Shown: positions 1 to 12,953, numbered from the whole stretch's first letter. The stretch is DNA of 63,932 bases, filler included, from Rhabdomonas costata (GCA_019059605.1; 43 parts of 43 records of this genome joined end to end with filler, not necessarily neighbours in it); one strand, 5' to 3'. The notes: a model not told the origin generated them from the sequence alone. Translations and numbers: made by a program.

Positions 1-229
1 TTTGTGTTGTAAGCTGCAAAAGCGTTCATTGGTGTGCAAGCTGTGAGATTAGCCTGGGCCCTGGAATGCGGTCGTTTCTTTGGGGCCTATTGTGTTTCTT
101 TCTATCTCGTTCATTCCCTTCCTGGTCTGTTCTTTTCCTCTCCTTCCCCTGACAAACCCAAACCTGCACCTCTTCCGATGCCTATTCGCTTGTAACTGAG
201 TAGGCCTTGTGTTTTTGTTATTCTCTTTT

Positions 230-308
230 CCTATTCAATTCTATTCTTCCTATTCTATTCTTCCTATTCTTTCCTATTCTATTCTATTCTTTCCCTATTC
301 ATATTCTC
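230..308 (+). repeat. Degenerate (CTATT)n pyrimidine-rich microsatellite
   Basis: Repeated ctatt/ctattc units read directly. Confidence 0.8.
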
Positions 309-1328
309 TTTTTCTTATGTGCGATACTCTGTCAAAAAATGCAAAATGAACCGCACTGGGACTATTTTACTTAAAGCGCCGTTCGCTTCGATCTCTTCAC
401 CAAAAGCCTCCTCTCACAAAACCCACAGCTCGCGTAAAATCACCACAAACACGGAAGCATTCGAAAAAAGTGGCGCCTTCGATGCAGAAAGCACAACACG
501 GCTTCACTCCATACCTAGGTGTTTTCTACGCAATCACCACATTCAATGCCAAATATGTGCCCGGACAACGGCATTAATTTAGGGTAAACAGACTTTGCAT
601 GGAAAAACCGTCACATATCATTCATGGATTTCCGGGAGTAACTTACCCTTTGAAAGCCCTTTGAAACCTGCCTAAAATTTTCAAAGGAAAAATGTGCGAA
701 CATGACAGACCTTGCGTTTCTTCTTTTAAAATCGGTCTGTTTAGTGCTGACCCTGCCACCGTAAGAACTTTTGTGCCGCAGTGCTGTGACTCTATTTTGA
801 CATAACAGAATTTATGAACAAGCGAGTCTCGCTCCTGCCCTGAATTCCTTCATGTTTGTGCATGTCTTTCTAAGACATGTGGGTGCCCTTTCCCAGCAGC
901 CATCCATAATTTCGCCACACGGAACGAGACTCCGGTCATTAAGCCCGCCGACTTATGTCCCCAACTTACTGGCCCCCATGTTCCACAGGGAAGTACACAG
1001 GGGAGGTTGGGGTGGGGCCAGAGTTGCCTTCAGCCCAACGCCTAATCGAGACCAACGTGTAAGACTGTGATATGGACTCGAGCTGACTTCCGTGCCTGAC
1101 AGTATCCGAATATCCGAACTAGTGCTTTCCCTTTACACCCAACTCATTGTGTATGTATATCTTTCAAAGAGTGGCGAGTTCAGCCCCTCTGGCCTTTGGG
1201 AGCCCTTCCTCAAGGCGCTTGCCGCGCTGGTCCCTCGGGCTGTGCTGCTCCACCTCGCCGTCGTCCTGAGCGCTTCTGTGGCTCTGCTGGTGCTCCGGCG
1301 CGGCGCCGAGGCGGGCACGGGGTTGGTC

Positions 1329-1382
1329 GTGGCCTTCCTGGACTCGCTGGCTCTGGCCCTGCTGCGAGTCCAGGAAGGCCAC
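1329..1382. repeat. Contig-terminal inverted repeat (19-bp arms), probable amplification fold-back
   Basis: gtggccttcctggactcgc (1329-1347) pairs with gcgagtccaggaaggccac (1364-1382), followed by a C/A tail and the contig end. Confidence 0.85.
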
Positions 1383-1390
1383 AACCCCCC

Positions 1391-1490
1391 NNNNNNNNNN
1401 NNNNNNNNNNNNNNNNNNNNNNNNNNNNNNNNNNTTAATTAATTAANNNNNNNNNNNNNNNNNNNNNNNNNNNNNNNNNNNNNNNNNNNN
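1391..1490. other. Artificial contig linker N44-TTAATTAATTAA-N44 (first of 42, recurring about every 1.49 kb; last at 62445-62544)
   Basis: Identical 100-nt spacer with a six-frame stop cassette; gene content and composition change abruptly at each linker. Confidence 0.98.
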
Positions 1491-1499
1491 GGTTTGTTT

Positions 1500-1617
1500 T
1501 GCTTGGATTCCTTCGCTACCATTTGTTACTCTTCGCGTGTCGTTGAACAATCCAGCAAATGCCCGTAAGTTCAACGACACGCGAAGAGTAACAAATGGTA
1601 GCGAAGGAATCCAAGCA
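1500..1617. repeat. Contig-terminal inverted repeat (49-bp arms), probable amplification fold-back
   Basis: 1500-1548 is the reverse complement of 1569-1617; it starts right after the G/T contig head. Confidence 0.9.
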
Positions 1618-4600
1618 CAACAGAGACAGAAGACACAAAGGTATACACGCACCGCAAACAGAGGAACCGAAGGCCTAACCCACACCGAAAGCACCCTAGA
1701 AGCACAACCCACGCCAGCACCAACGCAACCCGAATGCACAACACGACAGAATCAGAAGACAGAATTCCGACACCACTGTACACAGGCAAGCATAGCACAC
1801 AACCTAAGCAGAAGGACCGAAACCAGACACGAACCCCAACCCCGAATTCACCACCGAACACACACGCACCCACGCAAGCACCACAGAAGCACCACAGCAC
1901 TGCCAGCGCACAACCACACCGCATCGAATCCCACCACACGAACCCCGAACCCCAAGACAGAACTCCGACTCCACAACATCCTCGACTTGCAGACACTAAC
2001 CCCAATACACAACGTAGCCGAACCACACGCGAAGAATACAAACACGACACCCGAACCATGACCCCGAATTTCGACACCCAAGAAGGCAAAGAAGGCAAAG
2101 AAGGCAACTAAACCAACAAACCACAAAGAGACACGACCCAAAACCCCAAGAGAGACACGAATACCGGAAGGCACACTGACGTAGAGAAGCAACCCCAAAA
2201 TACGTCCCACGACAGAAATCCAGAACCCAAAAAACAAACCCATAAACCCCAACGCAAAAAAAACCCCTAGTGAGAAGAAAGACGAAGGTGTGGTGGGTGC
2301 AAGAGAGAGGGGACCCTCCACACCACGTGATGCCTCCAGGTACCCACCAACCTCAGGATGTCAGGTAGGGGTGATGATGGGGAGGGCCCAGGTGATGATG
2401 ACCTACCGCAGGTGCCCTCTACTACGGACGGCTCCACTACGTGACCCGTCATACGTACCACCTCTACTCGGTCACTCCACCACCATAAGGTGACTTCTAC
2501 CTGCGGTGCCGATGCTGTCGGGTGTCCCTCGGCTACGCCTCAACCCACCCTCCATCTACATATGCTCTGATACCCCCTGCTGTTTTTTGGGGCCCCGAAT
2601 AGAAGAATAGCCGGTCGTATGCTTTGCTACGCTCCGCATACTCCCTAGATGTGGTGGTTCGTACCCTCCACCCACATAAGGAGCTTACGGGTACTCACCA
2701 GATACAGAACTTCCAACCTCAAGATAAGCCTTATGAACGGGTTGTGGACCAGAAGTTTGAGGAAATCAACCACGAATGGGACAACAATGCCGTTCATGAG
2801 GATGAACCATTTGTGGTGTATGCATTTCAGTGTGTCCACACTCATGGATCAATTCAACAGAAGATTAAAAGTACCAAAAANNNNNNNNNNNNNNNNNNNN
2901 NNNNNNNNNNNNNNNNNNNNNNNNTTAATTAATTAANNNNNNNNNNNNNNNNNNNNNNNNNNNNNNNNNNNNNNNNNNNNGTTTGCATGCGCTGCCCCCC
3001 GCCCCACCAAAGCCGATGAGGCTGCGCATGCTGCCCGCGCTGCTCAGCACAGAGCTCTCCGCCAGTCCCACGCTGCTGGCCGTGGTGCTGGTGGTAGTGC
3101 TGGCTGCGGTGAGGCTGCGGTCGTGGGCGCCGGCGGGGGAACGGAAGGGCAAGGGTGAAGCGCACAACAGTGGACCCGGCAGAGGGGAGGGCGAGGGGGA
3201 GAGGGCCCGGGATCCAGGCCCAGGGTGAGCTGGGCTGGATGCTGAAGAGAAAGAAGTTCCCCATTCCCCAACACGAGCACCACTACCCACTCAGAAATGT
3301 TGGGACATGGAGCCAAAACGACACGACCGACAACCACTACGCGCACCGACGATGATGATGACTATGACGGGATGAGAACGAAGAAGCAGAGTGACAACAA
3401 GTGACAACAACTGACCACGAGTGACCACGACTGCCTTTACCACAGATCATGACTTGCCATGACCCATGAGAGTGAGGACCACGACTGCCCGCCACAACAA
3501 CCGCGACAACAACCTTTCAAACCCTTTTACGATGGATGATGAGCAGCGAGTGCACCCACAGACATGTATACGCGTAAAAGGTCCGAAGCCCAGAGGCGTT
3601 GGTCCATGATGGATCGTTTTACACTGAATTGCACATGCCGTAGGTATACTAGTGCGTGAGAATAGCACACCTGCTGAGTAGAAGAAACCCGAGAACAATG
3701 GCCAGACCCCGACCCCTGGCGGTGGGCCCTGCTGCTGCTGCTGCTGGGGGTGGGCGCTCCCCTTCGGAGGGGAGACCTTGGCGCCACTGCCGGAGGAGGA
3801 GGAGCAGGACAGGCAGTGGGCCTGCCACTCCAAGTGAGTGCGCTCGGCACGCTCCGCGCCAGAGATCAGCGCGCGCTTGCGGGATTCCTCGCCATCCAAT
3901 GCAGAGACCTTCCCCCACAACAAACAACAACATACACAGGGGGCACATGACATTCAGTGTGAGATAGACACATCTCTCCTCTCCCGTCTTGTCCCTTGCG
4001 CGTCCTGCCTTCCCCCTCGAGCCACTCTTTCCTTACTAGAGGTGCACGGGAGGTTCCGTACCTTTTCCTGGGGCGTCTCTGATTCCTCTTCTGGTGCTTG
4101 CAGGCATCTCTGAATGGACAAGGCTCTCACTTGTGTCGGGGGAATGCTCGAGTGGCTCGCGGTTTTTCTCCTCTCCCCACAGCAAAGGTTTCTCCGCTGC
4201 TATCTCTTACTCCAGTCTGGGTCTGCTCCGTCGTCACCGCCTGGCTTCCCTCTTCTCACCTGCTTTAAGCATCCATTCCTCGGTGTTAATCTCAGCTGCT
4301 CTCAACCAATTTTTAGCAGGCTGCCCCCAGCGTTGCACGGTGGATAGAGAGAGAGAGAACCAAAAAAAANNNNNNNNNNNNNNNNNNNNNNNNNNNNNNN
4401 NNNNNNNNNNNNNTTAATTAATTAANNNNNNNNNNNNNNNNNNNNNNNNNNNNNNNNNNNNNNNNNNNNGGTGTTTGGGTATCAGTTGAATGCCTACCGG
4501 CACCGGCCGAAAAGAGCCTCATCCAAGGGGCACGAGGTAGCGGCTGAGGGTGAAAGGACGGGAACAATTGTATTGTAAAAAAAAAACACTGTCAAACGTT

Positions 4601-5068
4601 TTCCCCTATCCCCTCCGATTTATTCTAGAGGGCAAAGCCGGTACCCACCCGTGCCCCTGGCGGCTCCTTCCTAAAATTTTCACCGTTTAACGCCTAACAC
4701 TGCGCAACGCAAAATTCTTTTCCGAATTCGGGGAGGGTATTCCGAGCATGGAGTTTGGAAAAGTGCCAGATGATGTCATTTCTCCGAAAGGGGGTCAGAC
4801 ATACTGTTCCACTGCAGATTTTTTAAGTTTTGATCATCCATATGCCCTCATGGCATTTGTGTTGTTCTCAACCCTACTTTGCTTGGTGATTGCATCCTTG
4901 AGGACGATTTCAACTTTTCAAAAGTATGTATAAAAAAGGTATAAAAAAAATACTCACAATTTTTATACGAAAACGGTGATGATTTCCAGGCTTGCTTTGG
5001 CTTTTCCCTCTCATTTTCGGTCCACGCAATATCTTTGGGCGTAAACACGAATTTGAGAGGACCGAGCC

Positions 5069-5159
5069 GAAGCAAGTATGTGGTCTTTTGTATGTATAAC
5101 TAGCCTCCCGAAACGCTGCGTGGCCGGTTCTTGGGGTCAGAATTTTATAACCTTTCACC
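5069..5159 (+). repeat. Interspersed repeat family A, copy 1
   Basis: GAAGCA..GGTCTTT(T)GTAT..GCCTCCCGAAACGCTG..GG(C/T)CGGT shared with 42181-42272 (+) and 61309-61403 (-). Confidence 0.85.
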
Positions 5160-7449
5160 ATCGCTTCCACGGTGGACAGAGTGTGATTCCCTTCCCCTTT
5201 CCTCCTTCTCCTTCTCCCCACCGCAGGGGCTCGCCTGGCGGAGGACCCCAGCGCGCCGGCGTTTATTTCCACCAAACTGCCCGAAATGCCACCCGAGCAG
5301 CGCCGGTCGGAATTCTTCAACAGTCTGGGCATCCGTGAGCCCGCTGTGGCTTTGGACCCGCCCCAGGTGGGTCTTGGAGACAGCTTTGGGGGAGGGGCAA
5401 CTCGCCTGGGCTCTTCCCGCGGCGGCTCACAGAAGACAGACCTCCAGAAAGCCAGGTTCTCTTTTTCGGGCATTGCCCTTGCGTTGAATTAATGCGTGAA
5501 AACGCGTATCAATGCTTCTGTGATTGGAACGTCCCCCGAAAAAAAAATGAACGCGAGCACCCTTGTACCAATACGTCGAGGCGGGAGAACATGCTGGATC
5601 ATCACACAAAAACATCCTTATGGTCAATTCCATGAAAGCCAATCCATCTACATCCGTCTTTCATCGCGCAATCATACTTAAACATTCCTAAACTTAATCA
5701 ACTGTCCAAGTGAAACGAAATACCGTACTGCAACACACCACAGCGGATTCACGCACGCACACACACACACACACACACACACGGTTCTGCGTTCTGATGC
5801 TGAGTCATGCTGAGTCCAACTTGTGAGAACAGACTCTCACCCTGTCACACCCAACCCCCNNNNNNNNNNNNNNNNNNNNNNNNNNNNNNNNNNNNNNNNN
5901 NNNTTAATTAATTAANNNNNNNNNNNNNNNNNNNNNNNNNNNNNNNNNNNNNNNNNNNNAGGTTAGGGTTAGGGTTGGGAACTTGGAAATGAGCATGCCA
6001 ATTGAGGTGAGCTGTTTTGCCCTTTAAATGGAAACACAAGATGAAAGAAATGGGGTGTGTTGGGACGTAGTACACTTCTACCGATCGTAATGAGTCGTGG
6101 GCACCCCGGCCTTGTGGCGGGGGAGGACAGCAGGTCCACCAGCCGTGCTCGTGCGGCCAGAGGACCGCCCGGCAAAATGGCCTTGTAGGGTATCGTTTTC
6201 GTGTTTTGCACAGAAACGGAGGAAGCCAGGCGTGGGGGCAGCGGGACTTTCATCCTTTCGCTCTTTCAGCTCTTCGAGGACACAGCAAGAGAAAATTATC
6301 AACACAGCACCTAAAAAGTTGTTTTTTTGAGACAGTCATAAGGCAGCTCGATAACAAAGTCGGCAGAGGAATACTTCGGTGGGTTAGCCATGCGCGGATG
6401 ACTGCTACTGATGTGCCCTTCCTCTGGGACGAAGAAGGCCCTACGGTAATGGTTTAAGGGTACGCTCCGGCATCCACCACCAGCCCTCTCCATGCTCCTC
6501 CAGGAGAGAATACTGGCGGTGTGAGTGCCTCTTGCTCTTGTCACCCGTTGGTGGCACACGGTTAGAGGGCACGCCTCCTGAGACTGTGCTGTTTCCTTGG
6601 CAGGGGATTAGGAGGGATGCGCGGGTAAGAAAGCCAAAAAACATCCCCTTGATTTCTCCGAATTGGAAAGTAATGATTCATAAAATAATGGATTAACGTG
6701 CTTGGTGTGCACTCAGCGCACTCAATTCAGCGAGCTTTTGCACCCTTGTTTTTCTGAACCTCTCAGGCCTCTAAGGTTTTTCTTCTAACGTAGCGTAATC
6801 TGCAGCGTGAACATTTCCTCATCTGTTCATTTGATACAGCGAACCCTGACGAACTGCTGTGCTCACAACAGATCCCCCCCCACTCACAACTGTTGTCAGG
6901 AAACTCGATGCGATGCTTTTGGTAATTTCGACAGTCTAGCCTCGGGTCTAGCCTCCCAAGCTGACCACATGGATTCCTTAATTTCCTCTTCATTTTGTTG
7001 CTATTCTAGAAGTCCTTCCAACAGTGCCTAACCTGCCTGGTGGTTCAGTGCATCGAGGCCCCGAACCCCGTTTGGTTGGGCAAAATTCCATCGTCCGTCA
7101 CTCCTCCAGACCATTGTCAGACTGGCCCTTACGATGCCGGCCCAGGCCGGATACCTGTGAGTGGGGGCGAGTATTTGGTGGCAGCGCTCCAAGAGGTGTT
7201 GGTTCACTGGTCCACGCAAACCGAATCCATCTCCCTGACGGCAGAGCAGAGTACGCAAAATTACTTTATAATCCATCAACAAACACCTTCACACACATCC
7301 AGCTCCCTCCACAACATTATGGTACATTAAAAAAGACTCCAAAAAAAANNNNNNNNNNNNNNNNNNNNNNNNNNNNNNNNNNNNNNNNNNNNTTAATTAA
7401 TTAANNNNNNNNNNNNNNNNNNNNNNNNNNNNNNNNNNNNNNNNNNNNG

Positions 7450-8461
7450 ATGGAGGAGTTCCTGGAGGCCATGGCGATCCTGAGCACGAAGGGCGCGGTG
7501 GAGGATAAGCTGCGGCTGTCCTTCCAGATGTGGGACGTCAACAATGATGGGGTGATCGAGAAGGCGGAGCTGCTGGAGCTCATGAAGTTTGGGGTTCAGG
7601 TACGCCCTGCCCTTGCCAGAGCTACCAGTGTCCAAGAATGCAAGCCAAGAGATGTGGATGTCGAAGCGGAACCAAGGTGCCAGGAAGAAACACGAACCTC
7701 AAAACACCAGAGCCAAATGCATCAGCGTAACCTGACGATGTTGGCCGAATGCCAGTCGCCTGGAACAGCCCTCCAGGGACACCAAGAACTCTCTTCCTCT
7801 TTCACCACTGGGTTCGCACGCAGGGAGTCCAATTTTGCTTTTGGGGATGCTGCGACCAAAAACTGAAACGTGCCGTACTTCGTCTTAAATGCTGTCCGCT
7901 CCACATGCTCAGGATGAATACGAATCCGATGAAAACCTGCATGCAAATCTAGCTTCGAAAACACCTTAGCCTTACCAACGTAATCAATCATTTCATCAAT
8001 GTGAGGTAATGGATACTCAAAAAGTCTCAAAAGAGTGCCAGCCGTTTGGAGCGACGGGGGCCGGAGAGGTGATATCCGGCTCCCCAGCGACCTAGTGATC
8101 AGTGATGGAGGGCTCGGTAGGCGAGCACAGGCGCCCAACACAAAGTGCAGAAGGAAATTACAACCAAAGGACCGAGACAATAGCTCCGAATCAGTCTGCT
8201 CGCTGGGCACTCAGCACAGACAGACAGGCACCTGCACGCCTCCTCTTGCGGCAGGCCTCGCACCTGTTGATCTCCGACGCCCAGCTGAGTCAGCTCATCG
8301 ACGCCACCTACGCGCTGGCCGGCCCTAGTGGGGGCGCGCAGGGTCTCTCCCTGCCCGACTTCCAGCGGCTGGTGGAGCGCTTTCCCAGGATCATCGCCAA
8401 TATGACCCTGGAAATCACCGCAGACCTGGGCTCACCGACCACCACGGCGAACGACACCTGA
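7450..8461 (+). CDS. Calcineurin B-like / NCS-type EF-hand protein, 3' part (exons 7450-7599 and 8255-8461; 5' truncated)
   Basis: EEFLEAMAILSTKGAVEDKLRLSFQMWDVNNDGVIEKAEL is an EF-hand with CBL/CNB-like context. Donor CAG|GTACGC at 7600 and acceptor GCAG| at 8254 give a phase-0 join to ASHLLISDAQLSQLIDATY...DFQRLVERFPRIIANMTL...stop. Confidence 0.85.
7854..8015 (-). mobile_element. Ty3/Gypsy reverse-transcriptase fragment inside the EF-hand gene intron
   Basis: YPLPHIDEMIDYVGKAKVFSKLDLHAGFHRIRIHPEHVERTAFKTKYGTFQF matches the gypsy RT block YPLP.I...FSKLDL..G(Y/F)HQI...KTAF.T..G.(F/Y)EF. It stops before the YxDD motif. Confidence 0.9.
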
Positions 8462-10144
8462 GCCACAAACAACCCCCCCCCCCCTCCCACGCACACACGG
8501 ATACACTGTAACCACACTGACGCATCCTCGCACACACGGACCACAAACACAAACTCACTCTGCCAGGGAGGCGTCGGTTAGGAAGTCGGGACACGACGAA
8601 GCAGTTCAACGCTTCGTTCCCTGGCTTTGGCGTCGGCTGAAGTTGCATCATGTGCTGTTGTGCATGTCGGATCCCCTGCGCGCCCCCGTCCCCATCCAGT
8701 ACTCCCGATTCGCTCGGGACTGCTGGTGAGGCATCGGTGAGGGGTCAGGGGGACTGTTCGAGTGGCTCAAACTGCAGTCTGCCGCAACCGCACCTGCTTT
8801 TTGGGGAGTGTCCGCCCCCTCCACCTACTCACACCCANNNNNNNNNNNNNNNNNNNNNNNNNNNNNNNNNNNNNNNNNNNNTTAATTAATTAANNNNNNN
8901 NNNNNNNNNNNNNNNNNNNNNNNNNNNNNNNNNNNNNTTTTTTTTTGAAATGGTGGACGGGGAAAATGAGATCTTAGACAATTGCCCGATCCCCCTCCCC
9001 TCTTGGCGCGAAACGCGAATGTTAGTTCGAAGAAGGAGGCAAGGTGTTCCTCGCACTCATAGTCTTGAGTGTAGGTGTAGGTTCTTTGCAGGGGGCGAGA
9101 AAGAGCTGTGTTTTGTGTCTCTTCATGAAAAGTTGTTCACATCGAAGGGTTTTGACAAAACAGAGCTTGCAGAAGCGTGCAGAAGCGGTGCGCAGCATTT
9201 TTAGGGTTCTTGGAAAGCAGAGGCCTCTCCAGTTCGGACTGCCTTGGACCCCCACCGCTTAGGGCGAGGAGCACGCCGAAAGTCTTGCCGCGGAGAAGGC
9301 ACTTCTGCTGGACGCTCTGCAGCGCTCCGGGCTTGTCTCTGTGGGTCGTCTGGAGCAGTACCGTGCCGCGGCGGATGCGGCCCATGGGCTGCCCCTCTCG
9401 CCGGGCATGCCCAACCCCGGGGTGAGCACGCCCCGTCGACGAGTGCCAGAGTCGCCCGGGGTGAGCAGCCCTCGGAACGCTGTGGGGAAGCTGCCTGGAG
9501 CGTCGAGCCCCTCTCCCGAGAAACCTCTCGACCTCAGCTCAGGGATGGCTTCATTGGAGTGGCCCCTGTTATCTTTTTTTTGGTGGCCGCGAACAACCGT
9601 TATGGCAGCTGGAATGGGATAATTTTGCATGGCGTTAGATTTTTAAGTTATGTTGCGACTGCTGGAGCCCTGTAGAGCTTCCATCTTAATACCCCGTCCC
9701 CCGTACCAACGACCCGTACCAACCAGTATGGTGAATAGCGAAGCAATGCAAATCAGTGCCCAGTTTTAGCTCTGCTGTGGCAATCACCTCCAGTGGCACT
9801 GACTTGTCACCTTTAAATACAGCAGGGTCCCCTCTGAGTTTCCCCTATCCGACTTGCCTCTATCCAGGACAGATATGTGTCCGCTCTGCAGCGGCTGCAA
9901 GGGCTTTGTGGGCGCCAGCCGCCCCTTCTCACTTCCCTTTCCCCTTCCCCTTCCCGTTCCCCTTCTTCATCCCACGCCGCGCCTCCTGCTGCCACCCCGG
10001 TGGAGGCAGCGCAGTGCTGTTGCGTTGCGGAGGCTGCCGCGATGATGCAGTTGGTGCTGAGCAGGATCTCCGGTGTCCCGGCAGAAGCTTCTGGAAGTGA
10101 TGTCATGGGGTGCCAGGCTGCAGTCGAAGAGGCTCATGCGGCGC

Positions 10145-10321
10145 TGGTGGAAATGATGTATGAGTGCTGGACCACCTACGCGGCATGCCTTAAGTCCCAT
10201 TGTGAAGGTGAGGCCGCTGTATGTGTATGAGGTATGAATAAGGAAGGGGGATGACCGATGGCAAAATAGGACTTAAGGCATGCCGCGTAGGTGGTCCAGC
10301 ACTCATACATCATTTCCACCA
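10145..10321. repeat. Contig-terminal inverted repeat (53-bp arms), probable amplification fold-back
   Basis: 10145-10197 is the reverse complement of 10269-10321, which abuts the contig end. Confidence 0.9.
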
Positions 10322-10496
10322 ACACCNNNNNNNNNNNNNNNNNNNNNNNNNNNNNNNNNNNNNNNNNNNNTTAATTAATTAANNNNNNNNNNNNNNNNNN
10401 NNNNNNNNNNNNNNNNNNNNNNNNNNGGGTGTGTGGGAAGCTTTGCTCGAAAAAAATACGAAAAAAATACGGCACGAAAAGTCTAGGCAAGCCCAC

Positions 10497-10845
10497 CTTT
10501 TTTCGGTAGGCCCTTTGGTCAATCTCCTGTACGGTGCGGCCCATCTCCGCAACAAAGCCCTTGTGGTCCCGCATCAAAGTCTGATAGCGATCTTCAAAGT
10601 CCTTCTCCTTCCGCTCATTCTGCTCCTCAATTCTCCTAAGACGTGTCGGTGCGTCACAGTCAGCAACGACAGACACGTTATTGAAGGCGAACATCATAAA
10701 AAATAATGTGTGTGTGTTGGGCGCATTGCGCACTGGCTGTTGCCTGGTTGACTGGTTGACTGGTTGTTACTGACCAGTGTGGACTGGCGGGCACAGGCGC
10801 TGTTGGCGACGGGTGCTGGGAGAGGTACCGTTGGAGCAAATGACG

Positions 10846-10896
<51 letters not shown>

Positions 10897-11255
10897 TGGA
10901 GAGGGTCGTTGCTGTGACACTGGAAACAGAGCGGAGACGATTCCAGGGTTCTGGGTTGGACACAACATGTGAGACGACGCACGAGATAAAGTACAATGCA
11001 GGTGTCGGCGTTTGAGATCCCTGAACAGTGGTGGTGAGGCCCCACTGCCAGAGCCTGCTCCAGCTCGCGTTCCCCCAAACCACCTCGATTAACGTGGAGG
11101 GCGTTCCAGCTGAACTGTGGATAGGGGTATTACGGGGCACCGGTTCCCGGTATTCTAGCAGCGCCCACCACCACCACCACCACCACCACCAAAGGACATT
11201 AGAAGGAGAAAAGAGAATTATGCACAGATTTTGTTGGGCTGAAAGCACAGATCGG

Positions 11256-11295
<40 letters not shown>

Positions 11296-11417
11296 CTCAA
11301 CCTCTGGCGGTCCTTCCTTGCCAGCTCCATGGTGCGGGAGAACTCCTGCTCCTTCTGCTTGCGCACGGCGGCCTGCAGCTCCCTGGCCTGGTCTTCCTCC
11401 GAGATAAGCCTGATCAC
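10497..11417 (-). CDS. Coiled-coil protein fragment (exons 11417-11302 and 10635-10497); weak resemblance to FAM228-type proteins
   Basis: GT-AG phase-2 join gives VIRLISEEDQARELQAAVRKQKEQEFSRTMELARKDRQR|RIEEQNERKEKDFEDRYQTLMRDHKGFVAEMGRTVQEIDQRAYRKK. Confidence 0.65.
10848..10893. repeat. (GT)n microsatellite; the same intron also has (CAC)n at 11166-11190 and (TC)n at 11259-11292
   Basis: Read directly. Confidence 0.95.
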
Positions 11418-12303
11418 CTGCGTGCCACACATTATCGGGCGCGCTTTGGTTGGAGGGAGCAGGCTTCATTCACCTGTTAATTGAGTGCAAATAGTAAACG
11501 TGTTCTGGCGTCGTGGGAGGAGGCTCGCGTGGTGCCTGACCAACGTAGAATCCAAACACAGTGTTCCAAGTCCGCCGCACACAGCAGGACGGGATTTTTG
11601 GAAAGTGCCCCCGGCGGCAGCGACGCACTGCCGTGCAAGTCTGGTTACAACCACGGCTTCACCCACATATTTCCAGGTTTGGTCACAAAGAATGCATAAA
11701 GAGTCCACCTTTTTCTTCACCAGAGGGGGAATCGGCTCTGAGGCCTTAACCAGGTCAAGGTAACCATCCACACTGTGGAGCTTCATCTTCAAAGACAAGA
11801 CAGTGAAGGGTAGTTTCAGTTGAATAAGGCGNNNNNNNNNNNNNNNNNNNNNNNNNNNNNNNNNNNNNNNNNNNNTTAATTAATTAANNNNNNNNNNNNN
11901 NNNNNNNNNNNNNNNNNNNNNNNNNNNNNNNCAACTACATTGAAAGCACATGCCGCTTTAAGGTGCACAACTCCAACCACTAAACGCCACCAAGACCCTC
12001 CAACGCAACGAACACCAACGCAAGAATGCCAGCACATCCAATGGATATACCCGTATCATGGAACCCTAGCCCATGACCACCAGAATACCACACTACAAGC
12101 AAAGACCGTAAGTGAACGCAAACCAACTACCTGTAAAGTGCATGCTGCTAGAAGAATCACGACCGAACACCAAACTCCGAATTCCGAACCTGAGTGCAAA
12201 AAACGAAACCCAAATACCCCACCACCAAATGCAGAGATGCACCAGAACCCACATACACCATACCTTACATGCATCCTAACATCCAAAGACGTTGTTTTTT
12301 GGG

Positions 12304-12405
12304 ACGTTTAGCATCGCTATACATTTAGCATTGCAAAACGGAGCATTGCCCACCCCATGGAAATCCCAGCCCATCCGCCCGCTCCGGCCGCGCCGCGGAC
12401 TGGCC
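12304..12405 (+). repeat. Interspersed repeat family B, copy 1
   Basis: ACGTTTAGCATCGCTA.ACATTT.GCA.TGCAAA..GGAGCATT.CCCACCC..TGGAA..TCCCA.CCCATCCGCC...CGCCGCG.ACTGGCC shared with 14124-14235 on another contig. Confidence 0.85.
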
Positions 12406-12865
12406 TCCGAGGTGCTGGACTTCGTACCTAAACGTAACTAACTAATACAATCCACATCTCCTGAGAAGCGCTCATTGCCCTTGTCTTCTTACCTAACGTT
12501 GGCATCGCTGAACGTTTAACGCCACTCTCGCAAAAAATACAATTGTCACAAATCGCCACTGCGACCATTGTTCTCTCATTTGAATGCACATCCAGCCCCC
12601 ATATCCACGACGTGTTAACCCAAACAGTGAAAAGTTGGGTCGCTTATGGCTAATACACTGGAGTGTCTGGAGCACTCCGAATCGGCGGGAGAGCCCAAAT
12701 AGTAACGGCCACCTTCGAACATCCAGCAAACACTCGCTCACCGAACCAAGCTTCTTCCAATATCACACTTCATATTTCTGTGCTTAAATATGCAGCAACC
12801 TCCCAAAAATGCTATGTCCAATACGAAAAAGAGGCCCACCGAGAACGTTTCTGCCTTTGTCTCAG

Positions 12866-12953
12866 GTGGGGCCAGTCGGGATACATCTACCTGAAGTACG
12901 GCTTGAATTGCAATGGAATCACGAAGGAGCCAGGCACTGCAGTGGTTGTGTAA
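12866..12953 (+). CDS. Probable last exon of a papain-family (C1A) cysteine protease
   Basis: Acceptor TCTCAG| then WGQSGYIYLKYGLNCNGITKEPGTAVVV*, resembling the C1A C-terminus WGE.GY..L..G.N.CGI...P..A. Confidence 0.55.

Noticed and set aside
2624-2880. Protein-like open frame at a contig end
   Set aside because: No recognisable motif or splice support, so it was left uncalled.
5960-5978. GGTTAGGGTTAGGGTT telomere-like repeat
   Set aside because: Only about two units, in the wrong orientation for a chromosome end at a contig start, and located in the G/T primer zone.
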